A DNA stretch of 64,000 nucleotides from an uncultured Chloroflexia bacterium. GTDB lineage: Bacteria > Chloroflexota > Dehalococcoidia > UBA2979. How positions within the stretch are numbered: position 1 is the stretch's first letter; every line of letters starts with the position of its first letter. The notes beneath the pieces are model-generated. The model saw nothing but the letters and a program-made list of their open reading frames with translations, was not told the DNA's origin and did not search any database. Shown piece after piece: positions 41,751 through 51,776 of this stretch. The position numbers were made by a program, and so were the translations under genes. Location: the NCBI GenBank assembly GCA_963728205.1, contig CAVSIV010000001.1:256001-320000 (forward strand), written 5' to 3'.

Positions 41751-42994
41751 CGGCTTCGCAGGCGGCCGACTCGCCGCGGCGCATGGCGCCCGTCGACGAG
41801 CAGATGCGCGTGCTGCTCAACGGCACCGAGTACGGCGACGAGGAGACGCGTCGCACGATGGAGCGCGAGCTGCGCGCCCGCCTGGAGGAGGACCGCCCGC
41901 TCCGCGTGTACTGTGGCTACGACCCGACGAAAGCCGACCTCCACCTGGGCCACACGCTGACGATGCGCAAGCTGCGCCAGTTCCAGGACTTCGGCCACGA
42001 GGTGACGTTCCTGATCGGCGACTTCACGGGCCTCGTGGGCGACCCGTCCGAGAAGAACAAGGAACGCCCGATGATCTCCGCCGAGGAGCTCGCGGCGAAC
42101 GCGCGCACCTACGCGCAGCAGGCGTTCCGCATCCTCGACGGCGAGCGCACGGTCGTGCGCCACAACGCGGACTGGCTCGGCAGGCTCACCTTCGCCGACG
42201 TCGTCCGGCTCGCGGCGAAGTTCACCGTCGCGCAGTTCCTGCGCCGCGACAACTTCGCGAAGCGCTTCGAGCGCGGCGACGCCATCCACCTCAGCGAGTT
42301 CATGTACGCGATCATGCAGGCGTACGACGCGGTGCACATGCAGACCGACGTGCAGGTCGGCGGCACCGAGCAGCTCTTCAACCTCATGGCCGGCCGCACG
42401 CTCCAGGAGCAGGCGGGCCAGCGTCCGCAAATCGTCGTCACGCTGCCGATCCTCGTCGGCACCGACGGCCACGACCGCATGTCGAAGTCGACCGGCAACT
42501 ACATCGGCATCGACGAGCCGCCGAGCGACATCTACGGCAAGCTGATGTCGATCCCGGATTCCGCGATCCTCGACTACTTCACGCTGGCGTCGCCGGCGCC
42601 GCCCGACGAGGTCGACGCGATCCGCCGCGCGCTCGAGGACGGCGCGCTGAAGCCGATGGACGCGAAGAAGCGGCTGGCGTTCGCGATCACGGAGTCGCTC
42701 TACACGACCGCCGACGCCGAGGCCGCGCAGCGCTTCTTCGAGACGACGATCCAGCGCAAGGAGACGCCCGACGAGATGCCCGAGCACCGACTCGCCGAGT
42801 CGGCGCCGCTCCACCGCGTGCTGGTCGAGGCGGGGCTCGCTTCGAGCAACGCCGAGGCGCGCCGGCTGGTCGCGCAGGGCGCGGTGGCGCTCAACGGCGA
42901 GCCGGTGGCGGAGTTCACGACCGAGGTATCGCCGGGCGATGAGCTCAGGGTCGGGAAGCATCGCTTCCTGAGGCTCGTCGACGGCGCTCAGTAG
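41747..42994 (+). CDS. tyrS: Tyrosine--tRNA ligase
   Basis: GYDPT, HLGH, GGTEQLFN, RMSKS, C-terminal S4-like domain. Confidence 0.95.
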   Translation: MTASQAADSPRRMAPVDEQMRVLLNGTEYGDEETRRTMERELRARLEEDRPLRVYCGYDPTKADLHLGHTLTMRKLRQFQDFGHEVTFLIGDFTGLVGDPSEKNKERPMISAEELAANARTYAQQAFRILDGERTVVRHNADWLGRLTFADVVRLAAKFTVAQFLRRDNFAKRFERGDAIHLSEFMYAIMQAYDAVHMQTDVQVGGTEQLFNLMAGRTLQEQAGQRPQIVVTLPILVGTDGHDRMSKSTGNYIGIDEPPSDIYGKLMSIPDSAILDYFTLASPAPPDEVDAIRRALEDGALKPMDAKKRLAFAITESLYTTADAEAAQRFFETTIQRKETPDEMPEHRLAESAPLHRVLVEAGLASSNAEARRLVAQGAVALNGEPVAEFTTEVSPGDELRVGKHRFLRLVDGAQ

Positions 42995-43025
42995 ACACAG
43001 GGATGGCAGGCGGGGGGCTCAGCCG

Positions 43026-43475
43026 ATGATGGACAACGGGGTCGAAGTCGATATCGATGCGGTCACGCGCAACGTCGACGAGGCTGAGGTGGTGACGTTC
43101 TACTTCCCGATCCTCGGGAAGACGCTGCTGGTCGACACGCGGTCGAGCGAGCACGTCGGCCCGATGATCCGCATCGTACCGATCGCGGACAGCTCCGCGG
43201 AGCGACTGCGCTCGCTGCGCCGGCTCCGGCCGGAGTTGCCGCGCCCGAACTCGATCACGCTGATCCCGTGGAACCGCAGCATCGCGTCGCTGGTGAAGCT
43301 CGGCGTGTGGCAGCACCTGACGCGCCGGTTCGACGCCCGTCTGGATGCCGACACCTACCTCACCGCCGGCGAGCGCTGCCTGCGCCGCCTGCGCGAGCTG
43401 GAGCGCGACGAGCTGCGCTGCGCGATCACCGGGGCGCGCTACGAGGCGCTCTGGTCACGCGAGGAGAGCTCGTAG
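43026..43475 (+). CDS. Hypothetical protein
   Basis: 149-aa ORF with protein-like composition filling the gap after tyrS. Confidence 0.75.
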   Translation: MMDNGVEVDIDAVTRNVDEAEVVTFYFPILGKTLLVDTRSSEHVGPMIRIVPIADSSAERLRSLRRLRPELPRPNSITLIPWNRSIASLVKLGVWQHLTRRFDARLDADTYLTAGERCLRRLRELERDELRCAITGARYEALWSREESS

Positions 43476-43480
43476 CCCGT

Positions 43481-43544
43481 CATCCAAAGCGGCGGCAGAC
43501 ATGCCGCCGACCGATCGGCGGCATGTCTGCCGCCGCTTTGGATG
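43481..43544. repeat. REP-like element, copy 4 (perfect 30-bp hairpin between convergent genes)
   Basis: CATCCAAAGCGGCGGCAGACATGCCGCCGA-ccga-TCGGCGGCATGTCTGCCGCCGCTTTGGATG. Confidence 0.9.
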
Positions 43545-43548
43545 TGGC

Positions 43549-45600
43549 TTACGCCGTCGCCTCTGCCGTCTCGAGGCCCTGCAGCACCTGCTGCTGCACG
43601 TGCGCCGGCACCTCGACGTAGCGATCGAATTCCATGCTGAAGCGGCCCCGGCCGCCGGTCAGGGCGCGCAGGTCGCTCGTGTAGCGCTGCACTTCGGCGA
43701 GAGGCACGTCGGCGGTGATCACGCTCGTGGCACCGTCCGGCTCCACGCCGTGCACGGCGCCGCGCCGGCCGCTGAGGTCGCTCATCACATCGCCCACGTA
43801 CTCGCTCGGGATGCGCACCGTCAGCTTCATCACCGGCTCGAGCAGGATGGGGTGTCCGTCGAGCACGCCCTGCTTGAGCGCCTGCGACGCCGCGAGCTTG
43901 AACGCCATCTCGGACGAGTCCACCGCGTGCGACGAGCCGTCGGTCAGCGTGACCTTGAGGTCGACGAGCGGCGAGTGCGCGAGCGGGCCCTGGGGCAGCG
44001 ACTCGGCGATGCCCTTCTCGACGGCCGGGATGAACTGGCGCGGCACCGATCCGCCCACCACGGAGTCGGCGAACTCGAAGCCGGCGCCGCGCTCGCGCGG
44101 CTCGACCGCGATCACCACGTGTCCGTACTGGCCGTGACCGCCGGTCTGCTTCTTGTGCCGGTACTCGGCCTTCGCCGGCGCCGTGATCGTCTCGCGGTAC
44201 GGCACGCGCGGCACCGTGCCCTCGACGTCGACGCCGTAGTTCCTGTGCAGGTGCGCGATGGCGATCGCGGCCTGCGCGTCGCCCAGCGTCGTCATCACCA
44301 TCTCGTGCGTGTCGGGGTCGCGCTCGACGCGGATCGTCGGGTCCTGCTCGGTGATGCGGTGCAGCGCCTGCGAGACCTTGTCAACGTCCTCCTTCGAGCG
44401 CGGATGCAGCGCCGTCCGGTACGTGCCCACCGGCAGCGGAAGCGGCGGGAGGGCGACGTTCGACTCCTCGGAGGCGACGAGCACGTCGCCGGTCGCGGTG
44501 CTCTGCAGCTTCGCGGCGACGCCGATGTCGCCGGCGTGCAGCACCGGCACTTCGAGCTGCTCCTTGCCGCGCTGCACGTAGAGGTGGCCGAGGCGCTCGG
44601 TCGCCTTGCTGCGCCGGTTGTACGGCTGCATCTGCGCGGTGAGGTTCCCGGACAGCACCTTGAGGAACGAGAGATGACCGACGAACGGGTCGGCGGTCGT
44701 CTTGAACACGTGAACGACGAGTGGCCCGTCGGAGTCGACCCGCAGCGTACCGCCCACGATCTCGCGCTCGCGGCCGAGGGGCGACGGGAAGACGCGCACG
44801 ATGTCGTCGAGCAGCGTGCGGACGCCGATCTCCTGCGTCGCGCAGGCGGGCAGCACCGGCCAGACGATGCCGGCGGCGAAGCCGTTGTGCAGCGCCGTGG
44901 TGAGCTCCTCGTCGCTGATCGTGCCGCCCTCGAGGTACCGCTCGAGCAGCGCGTCGTCGGTCTCCGCCACGGACTCCACGAGCATCTCGCGCGCGGCGGC
45001 GATCGCGTCCGCCATGTCGGCCGGCGCGTCGCCGATCTCGTCGCCGCGGCGCGCCTGGCCGGTGAGCAGGTCGACGGCGCCCTCGAGGCTGCCGTTCGAG
45101 CCGATCGGGATGGCGAGCGGCACGGCCTTGTTGCCGAAGCGCTCGCGGATCTGGCCGAGCACGCCGTCGAAGTTCGCGTGCTCGCGATCGAGGCGCGTGA
45201 TCAGCAGCATGCGCGGGAGCCGCCCGGCCGACTCCGCGTGCTCCCACGCGACCTCGGTGCCGGCCTCCACGCCGGCCGTGGCGTCGACGGTGATCACCGC
45301 GGACTCCGCGGCATGCGCCGCGGCGACGACCTCTCCCTCGAAGTCGGCGAAGCCCGGGGTGTCGATCACGTTGATGCGGCAGTCCTGCCACTCGATCGGG
45401 ATGAGGGAGGAGGAGATGGAGTAGCCGCGCGCGTGCTCTTCCTCGTCGAAGTCGGAGACCGTGTTGCGGTCCTCGACCCGCCCCATGCGCGAGATGGCGC
45501 CGGAGACGTGCAGCAAGGCCTCCGCCAGCGTCGTCTTGCCGGAACCGCTGTGGCCCATCAGGACCACGTTTCGAAGGGCTTCTGAGGCGTATTCCTTCAT
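43549..45600 (-). CDS. Elongation factor G paralog (EF-G II-like)
   Basis: GHSGSGKTT, DTPG, HKKQTGGHGQYG, HAVDSSEMAF; G4 motif reads TRLD; not in a str operon. Confidence 0.92.
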   Translation of the reverse strand: MKEYASEALRNVVLMGHSGSGKTTLAEALLHVSGAISRMGRVEDRNTVSDFDEEEHARGYSISSSLIPIEWQDCRINVIDTPGFADFEGEVVAAAHAAESAVITVDATAGVEAGTEVAWEHAESAGRLPRMLLITRLDREHANFDGVLGQIRERFGNKAVPLAIPIGSNGSLEGAVDLLTGQARRGDEIGDAPADMADAIAAAREMLVESVAETDDALLERYLEGGTISDEELTTALHNGFAAGIVWPVLPACATQEIGVRTLLDDIVRVFPSPLGREREIVGGTLRVDSDGPLVVHVFKTTADPFVGHLSFLKVLSGNLTAQMQPYNRRSKATERLGHLYVQRGKEQLEVPVLHAGDIGVAAKLQSTATGDVLVASEESNVALPPLPLPVGTYRTALHPRSKEDVDKVSQALHRITEQDPTIRVERDPDTHEMVMTTLGDAQAAIAIAHLHRNYGVDVEGTVPRVPYRETITAPAKAEYRHKKQTGGHGQYGHVVIAVEPRERGAGFEFADSVVGGSVPRQFIPAVEKGIAESLPQGPLAHSPLVDLKVTLTDGSSHAVDSSEMAFKLAASQALKQGVLDGHPILLEPVMKLTVRIPSEYVGDVMSDLSGRRGAVHGVEPDGATSVITADVPLAEVQRYTSDLRALTGGRGRFSMEFDRYVEVPAHVQQQVLQGLETAEATA

Positions 45601-45712
45601 GTGTTCCCCCCTCGCGCGGGGCGATGGTACTGCCGCGCGAAAGAGGCCGACAACGTGCGGACGGCGGAGTGCCGATCCGGCGGTCTGGCCACTGCGGGGG
45701 CATGATAGGAAC

Positions 45713-46969
45713 GTGAACACCGAGCAGGCCGATGCCGTCTCCCCGGCCGACGTCGATGCCGCGCGCGAGCGAATCGCGGGCGTCGTGCGCGAGACGCCGC
45801 TCCTGCGCTCGCCGATCCTGACGGAGGTCGCGGGCGCGCCGATCTCCCTGAAGGCCGAGAACCTGCAGCGCACGGGCTCGTTCAAGCTGCGCGGGGCCAC
45901 CAACATGCTCGCCGTGCAGTCGTCGCCGCCGGCGGGCGTGGTGGCGGCGAGCGCCGGCAACCACGCGCAGGGCGTGGCGCTTGCGGCGCGGGAGCACGGG
46001 CTGCGGGCGATCGTGGTCATGCCGCGCGGAGCGCCGCTCGCGAAGCAGAGCGCGACGCGCGGCTACGGTGCGACGGTGGAGCTCGTCGACGGCGGGCTGG
46101 GACCGGCCCAGGAGCGCGCCCGGGCGATCGCCGCGGAGCGCGGATACCTCTACATGCCGCCGTTCGACGCGGCGCCGGTGGTGGCCGGCCAGGGAACGGT
46201 GGGGCTCGAGATTCTCGACGAGCGCCCGGACGTCGACACGGTGCTGGTGCCGGCCGGCGGGGGCGGCCTGCTCGCGGGCGTTGCCGTCGCGGTGAAAGCG
46301 CGGCGGCTGCGAGCGCGCGTGGTGGGCGTGCAGGCGCAGGCGATGGCGGGCATCGTGGCGTCGCTGGCCGCGAGGCGGCCCATCGCGGTGCCGGTCGCGC
46401 ACACGATCGCCGACGGCGTCGCCGTGTCGGGGCCGTCGGCGCTGACGCTCGCGCTGATCGAGCGGCACGTTGACGACGTGATCGCCGTGAGCGAGGAGGA
46501 GATCGCGCGGGCGGTCGTGTTCCTCGTGGAGCGCGCGCGGCTCGTCGTCGAGGGCGCCGGCGCGCTCGCCGTGGCGGCGCTGCTCGCCGGCCGCGTGGCG
46601 CCGACCGGCGAGACGGTGGCGGTGCTCTCGGGCGGCAACATCGACGTCACGCAACTGGGCCGGCTCATGGAGCGCGGGCTGCTCGCCGACGGTCGGTTGC
46701 GCGAACTGACGATCGCGGCGGCGGACGTGCCGGGCGAGCTCGCGCGCGTCACGGCCGCGGTCGCGTCCGCCGGCGCGAACGTGATCCGCGTCGAGCACGA
46801 CCTGGTCGCCGCCGACCTCCCGGTGGGCGTCGCGCGGGTCACGCTGCGGGTCGAGGTGGCCGGCGGCGCCGGCTGGGCGGATCTGCTCGCGCGCATGGTG
46901 GACGCCGGCTTCGCGCGCGGCGCGGCGACGGATCTGGCGACGGCGGCGGCGGCCGCCTATCCGGCATAG
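45713..46969 (+). CDS. ilvA: Threonine ammonia-lyase with C-terminal ACT domain
   Basis: KAENLQRTGSFKLRGA, ASAGNHAQG, GGGG, SGGNID. Confidence 0.92.
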   Translation: MNTEQADAVSPADVDAARERIAGVVRETPLLRSPILTEVAGAPISLKAENLQRTGSFKLRGATNMLAVQSSPPAGVVAASAGNHAQGVALAAREHGLRAIVVMPRGAPLAKQSATRGYGATVELVDGGLGPAQERARAIAAERGYLYMPPFDAAPVVAGQGTVGLEILDERPDVDTVLVPAGGGGLLAGVAVAVKARRLRARVVGVQAQAMAGIVASLAARRPIAVPVAHTIADGVAVSGPSALTLALIERHVDDVIAVSEEEIARAVVFLVERARLVVEGAGALAVAALLAGRVAPTGETVAVLSGGNIDVTQLGRLMERGLLADGRLRELTIAAADVPGELARVTAAVASAGANVIRVEHDLVAADLPVGVARVTLRVEVAGGAGWADLLARMVDAGFARGAATDLATAAAAAYPA

Positions 46970-46980
46970 CCGCTCCGGGC

Positions 46981-47007
46981 GCGCGGCAGGCTTCGGGCCT
47001 GCCGCGC
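46981..47007. terminator. GC-rich hairpin after ilvA, possible terminator
   Basis: GCGCGGCAGGC-ttcgg-GCCTGCCGCGC, 11-bp stem, no U tract. Confidence 0.45.
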
Positions 47008-47120
47008 AGGTGACCGGCTCCGCAGCCAGGAGGCGGCAACCTCCTGCCGTCGGGAGGAGCGCACGATCCACGGCAGTCGACATGCCCCGGTCGGGCGCCC
47101 GTGCGCGCATGAACGTCACC

Positions 47121-47213
47121 CAAAGCGGCGGCAGATATGCCGCCGACAGAAGCGCGGCGCCAGCCGCGGACTGCGTCCGCGTCTCTGTCGGCGGCATGTC
47201 TGCCGCCGCTTTG
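47121..47213. repeat. REP-like element, copy 5
   Basis: 30-bp arms CAAAGCGGCGGCAGATATGCCGCCGACAGA / TCTGTCGGCGGCATGTCTGCCGCCGCTTTG enclosing the module shared with copy 2. Confidence 0.9.
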
Positions 47214-47275
47214 ACGTTCCGACGAGGCCGGAAGCCCTTCGACAGGCTCAGGACGGGCTCTGCCGCGCGCCCCGG

Positions 47276-49024
47276 CTACGAGGCCGACCGGAGGTCGAGT
47301 ACCTCGAGCTGCAGCCGGCTCTTTCCGCCGAAGTCGTCGCGTTTGAAGGTGTAGACGATGTCGGCAGGCGCGCCGTCGGGGACCGCGAACGCCGCGTTTC
47401 GGAACGAGATCGCGCGCCACGTCACGCTGCCCTCGCGCAGCACGAACTGCAGGTGCTCGCCGTCGGCACCGACCGTCCGGCTGTTGGTGATCCTGACGCC
47501 GCGGGCCAGGAACGTCGGCGTCGGGTTGCCGGTGCCGTGCGGGCCGAGCAGCGCCAGCCACTGCAACATGCGACCGTCGACCTGCGAGAGGTGCAGCTCG
47601 GCGTCGACGTCGATCGTCGGCGCGAGCGCGGTGACGTCGAGGCACATCGCTGCGTCGTCGACGAGCGTGGCGCGCACCTCCTCCAGCCGGTCGGCGGCGA
47701 TGCTGAAGCCGGCGGCGGCGCGGTGACCGCCGTAGCGCAGGAAGAGGTCGGAGTGGCGGCGGAGCAGCGCCGTGATGTCGAAGCCGTCCACGGAGCGGCA
47801 GGACGCGCGACCTTCGCCATCGACGAGCTGCATCACGATCGCGGGCCGGTGGTACTCCTCGACCAGCCGCGAGGCGACCGGCCCGACGATGCCCATCGAG
47901 ATGGTCGGCGAGGCGACGAGGAGCAGCGGGCCGGCCGCCTGCGCCTCGCTGATGGCGGCGCGGGCCTCGTCGATGGCCGCCTGCGTCTCCTCGCGGCGGC
48001 GCAGGTTGAGCGCCTCGAGCTCGCGCGCGAGGTCCGCGGCGCGCGCGGGCGACGGCGTGAGCAGGAGGTCGAGCGCCAGCCGGGCGTGCTCCATGCGGCC
48101 GGCGGCGTTCAGCCGCGGGCCCAGCACCCAGCCGCAGGTGTCCGGCGTCGCCTGCGCGAGGTCGGCGCCGGCGACGGCGGCCAGCGCGAGCAGGCCGGGA
48201 CGGCGCGTGCGCGCCATCGCCTGGAGGCCGATGCGCACGAGGTCGCGGTTCTCTGCGACCAGCGGCGCAAGGTCGCACACCGTCCCGAGCGCGACGAGCA
48301 CATGATGCTCCGATGGGTCGTACGGGCGCCCGAGGCGGTCGTGCAGGTCGTGGATCACCTTGTACGCGACGCCGCACGCAGCCGGCTCCGAGCCGTACTG
48401 CGAGCCCGCGAGCTTCGGGTTCACGAGCGCCAGCGCCTCGGGCAGCCGCTCGGGCACGGTGTGATGGTCGAGCACGAGGGCATCCATGCCGGCGCGGTTC
48501 GCCTCGGCGATCTCGTCGACGGACGACGTCCCGCAGTCGGCGGTGACGAGCACGGTGGCGCCACGGTCGGCGAGCTGGCGCACGGCGGCGATGTTCGGGC
48601 CGTAGCCCTCCGTGAACCGGTTCGGGATGTAGGGGAGCGGGTGCGCGCCGAGCGCGGTCAGGCCCTCGACGAGGATGGTCGTCGCGGTCACGCCGTCGAC
48701 GTCGAAGTCGCCGATGATCGCGACGGTCTCGCCGTCGCGGCAGGCGCGCGCGAGCCGGTCGACGGCGACGTCGAGGTTGGGCATGAGCGCGGCGTCGGTG
48801 AGATCGCCGGCGCGGCCGAGGTAGCGGCGAGCGTCGGCGGTATCGCGCACGGCACGGTGCGCGAGGAGGACGCGCATCAGCTCGGGCAGGCCCGGGCCGG
48901 CGTCGGCGAAGCGCGCGAGGTCCGGCGGCGGCAGCAGCCGCCAGCGGCGGCCGTTCGAGCCGTGCAGGATGGTCGCGCCGTCGGCGGCGACGGCTGCGCG
49001 GGTGTCCGTGGGTGTCTCGACCAT
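47276..49024 (-). CDS. recJ: Single-stranded DNA exonuclease RecJ
   Basis: GDFDVDG, IPNRFTEGYG, TADCG, LDHH, PRLNAAGR, GGHRAAAG. Confidence 0.95.
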   Translation of the reverse strand: MVETPTDTRAAVAADGATILHGSNGRRWRLLPPPDLARFADAGPGLPELMRVLLAHRAVRDTADARRYLGRAGDLTDAALMPNLDVAVDRLARACRDGETVAIIGDFDVDGVTATTILVEGLTALGAHPLPYIPNRFTEGYGPNIAAVRQLADRGATVLVTADCGTSSVDEIAEANRAGMDALVLDHHTVPERLPEALALVNPKLAGSQYGSEPAACGVAYKVIHDLHDRLGRPYDPSEHHVLVALGTVCDLAPLVAENRDLVRIGLQAMARTRRPGLLALAAVAGADLAQATPDTCGWVLGPRLNAAGRMEHARLALDLLLTPSPARAADLARELEALNLRRREETQAAIDEARAAISEAQAAGPLLLVASPTISMGIVGPVASRLVEEYHRPAIVMQLVDGEGRASCRSVDGFDITALLRRHSDLFLRYGGHRAAAGFSIAADRLEEVRATLVDDAAMCLDVTALAPTIDVDAELHLSQVDGRMLQWLALLGPHGTGNPTPTFLARGVRITNSRTVGADGEHLQFVLREGSVTWRAISFRNAAFAVPDGAPADIVYTFKRDDFGGKSRLQLEVLDLRSAS

Positions 49025-49191
49025 CGGGCGAGCCTCTCGTCGCGTCGCCCGGGGGAGGCAGGCGGCGAAGGTGCCGATCGGTTCTTACCGCGTCCACGCC
49101 GCGGCGTCGATGCGGGCCGTCAGATTTTCGGGGGGCCGACGCGAGCACGGGGGCCGACGCGCCTCTGCGGGCCGGCACCGGGAGGCGCGGG

Positions 49192-50442
49192 CTACGCCCG
49201 CCTGAAGATCAGCGAGCTGTTGTGGCCGCCGAAGCCGAGCGAGTTCGTCATCGCGTAGGTCATCGACACGGCGCGCGAGCCTTCGGACACGTAGTCGAGG
49301 TCGCACTCCGGGTCGGGCTCCACCAGGTTGCGGGTCATGTGCACCCGCTGGTCGACCAGCGACATCACCGTCACCGCGGACTCGATGGCACCGGCCGCGC
49401 CCAGGGTGTGCCCGACCATCGACTTGGTGGACGACACCGGCACGCGCGCGGCGCCCTCGCCGAAGACGCGCTTGATCGAGAGCGTCTCGAACTTGTCGTT
49501 GAGCGGCGTGCTCGTGCCGTGCGCGTTCACGTAGCCGATGTCGCTCGCGGCGATGCCGGCCTTGCGCAGCGCCACCTGCATCGCGCGCGCCGCGCCCTCG
49601 CCGTTCTCCGACGGCTGCGTGACGTGGAAGGCGTCCGCGGACTGCCCGTAGGAGACGAGTTCCGCGAGGATCGTCGCGCCGCGCGCCTGCGCGTGATCCC
49701 ACTCCTCGAGCACGAGCGTCGCCGCGCCTTCCGCGAGCAGGAAGCCGTCGCGCTTCGCGTCGAACGGCCGCGAGGCGTGCTCCGGGTCGTCGTTCTGCCC
49801 CGTCGAGAGCGCGCGCGACGCCGCGAACGCCGCGATCGACATGCGCGTCACCGCCGCCTCTGCGCCGCCTGCGAGCATCGCGATCGCGTCGCCGCGGCGG
49901 ATCACTTCGGCCGCGGTGCCGACGGCATCGGCGCCCGACGCGCACGCGGAGACCGTGTTGTAGTTCGGGCCGCGCGCGCCGAAGCGGATCGACACCTGGC
50001 CCGCGGCCATGTCGGCGATGAACGACGGCACGAGGAACGGCGACACGCGTCCCGGCCCCCGGTGGAAGAAGACGTCGAACTGCTCCTCGAGCGTCCCCAG
50101 CCCGCCGATGCCGCTGCCGATCATGCAGCCGATCTCGTCGCGCTCGGGCTCGATCGCGAGCCCGGACTGCTCGATCGCCTCGGCCGACGCTGCAATCGCG
50201 AGGTGCGTGAAGCGGTCCATCCGCCGCACGTCCTTGCGGTCGAGCCACTGCAACGGGTCGAACCCCGCGACCTCGCCGGCGATCTTCGAGTCGAGGTCGT
50301 CGACCGCGCAGAGCGTCACCGGCCGGATGCCGTTCTCGCCGGCGAGCAGCGCGCGCCACGAGGCATCGCGCCCGATCCCGACCGGCGTCATCATCCCGAC
50401 CCCGGTGACGGCGACCCGCCGCGGTTCGTAGGCAGTGGTCAT
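49192..50442 (-). CDS. fabF: Beta-ketoacyl-ACP synthase II
   Basis: SACASG, NAHGTST, KSMVGH, NSLGFGGHN. Confidence 0.93.
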   Translation of the reverse strand: MTTAYEPRRVAVTGVGMMTPVGIGRDASWRALLAGENGIRPVTLCAVDDLDSKIAGEVAGFDPLQWLDRKDVRRMDRFTHLAIAASAEAIEQSGLAIEPERDEIGCMIGSGIGGLGTLEEQFDVFFHRGPGRVSPFLVPSFIADMAAGQVSIRFGARGPNYNTVSACASGADAVGTAAEVIRRGDAIAMLAGGAEAAVTRMSIAAFAASRALSTGQNDDPEHASRPFDAKRDGFLLAEGAATLVLEEWDHAQARGATILAELVSYGQSADAFHVTQPSENGEGAARAMQVALRKAGIAASDIGYVNAHGTSTPLNDKFETLSIKRVFGEGAARVPVSSTKSMVGHTLGAAGAIESAVTVMSLVDQRVHMTRNLVEPDPECDLDYVSEGSRAVSMTYAMTNSLGFGGHNSSLIFRRA

Positions 50443-51680
50443 GACTGGCCCTCCCAGCGGCCGAAGACAATCGCGGAGTTGTGCCCGCCGAGGCCGACGG
50501 AGGTGCTCATGGCGTACCGCACGGGCGCGCGACGCGCCTCGTTTGGGACGTAGTCGAGGTCGCAGTCCGGATCGGGCTCGGCGTAGTTGATGGTCGGCGG
50601 GACGATGCCGTGGTGGACGGCGAGCACGGCGACCGCTGCCTCCACCGCCCCCGCCGCGCCCATCATGTGGCCGAGCATCGACTTCGTGGACGAGACCATC
50701 AGCGTGTTCGCGTGCTCGCCGAAGACGTCGTGGATGGCACGCGTCTCGACGCGGTCGTTGAGCGGCGTGCCGGTGCCGTGCGCATTGATGTAGTCGATGT
50801 CCTCGAGCCGCAGGTCGGCGCGGCGCAGCACCTGCTCCATGGCCTCGGCGACGCCGTGGCCGTCCTCGGCGGCGGCGAACATGTCGTAGGCGTCGTTCGT
50901 GGTCGCCGCGCCCTTCCACTCGGCGTAGATGCGCGCGCCGCGTGCCTGCGCGCGCTCGAGCGACTCGAGCACGAGCACCGCGGCGCCCTCGGAGACGATG
51001 AAGCCGTTGCGGGTGAGGTCGAAGGGGCGCACGGCTTTTGCGGGGTCTTCGTGCGTGGCCAGCGCCTTCATGGCGTGGAAGCCGGCGTAGTAGATGGGGC
51101 GCAGCGGCGCTTCGTAGCCGCCGGTGATCATCGCGTCGGCGTCGCCGCGCGCGATCATCGCCGCGGCCTCGCCGGTCGCGGCACCGCCGGTGGCGCAGGC
51201 GGCGGTCACCGCGAAGTTCGGGCCGCGCGCGCCGAGGTCGATCGCGACGAGGCCGGTCGCGGTGTCGGGCAGCATGTGCGAGGTGAGGAACGGCGACACC
51301 CGGCGCGGGCCCTTCTCGTCGAGGATCTGCTGCTGCTCGATGATCAGGTGCGACGCGCCCATGCCCGTGCCGAGCAGCACGCCGACGTCGCGCGGCGTGG
51401 CCGCGACGTCGAGCCCGGCGTCGGCCACCGCCTCGCGCGCGGCGGTCAGCGCGAAGACCGAGGAACGGTCGATGCGCCGCAGCAGCTTCGCGTCGACGTG
51501 CGCCTCCGGCGCGAAGTCCTTGAGCTCGCCGCCGATCGGGCAGTCGTATGCCGAGGTGTCGAAGCCCCGGATCCAGTCGAGCCCCGAGCGGCCCGCGACG
51601 AGGCCCTCCCATGTCGACCCGGCGTCGTTGCCGAGCGGCGTGAGCATGCCGATCCCGGTCACGACCACACGGCGCATCAC
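50439..51680 (-). CDS. fabF: Beta-ketoacyl-ACP synthase II, second paralog
   Basis: AACATG, NAHGTGT, KSMLGH, TSVGLGGHN. Confidence 0.9.
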   Translation of the reverse strand: MMRRVVVTGIGMLTPLGNDAGSTWEGLVAGRSGLDWIRGFDTSAYDCPIGGELKDFAPEAHVDAKLLRRIDRSSVFALTAAREAVADAGLDVAATPRDVGVLLGTGMGASHLIIEQQQILDEKGPRRVSPFLTSHMLPDTATGLVAIDLGARGPNFAVTAACATGGAATGEAAAMIARGDADAMITGGYEAPLRPIYYAGFHAMKALATHEDPAKAVRPFDLTRNGFIVSEGAAVLVLESLERAQARGARIYAEWKGAATTNDAYDMFAAAEDGHGVAEAMEQVLRRADLRLEDIDYINAHGTGTPLNDRVETRAIHDVFGEHANTLMVSSTKSMLGHMMGAAGAVEAAVAVLAVHHGIVPPTINYAEPDPDCDLDYVPNEARRAPVRYAMSTSVGLGGHNSAIVFGRWEGQS

Positions 51681-51776
51681 GCGATCCTTCCCCGTCCCCC
51701 CGACCGCGCGAGGACGAGCAGAGTGTAGCCGTGCGGACCCTGAGACCCCAGACGGTCGACGATGGTGGCCGGGTGT

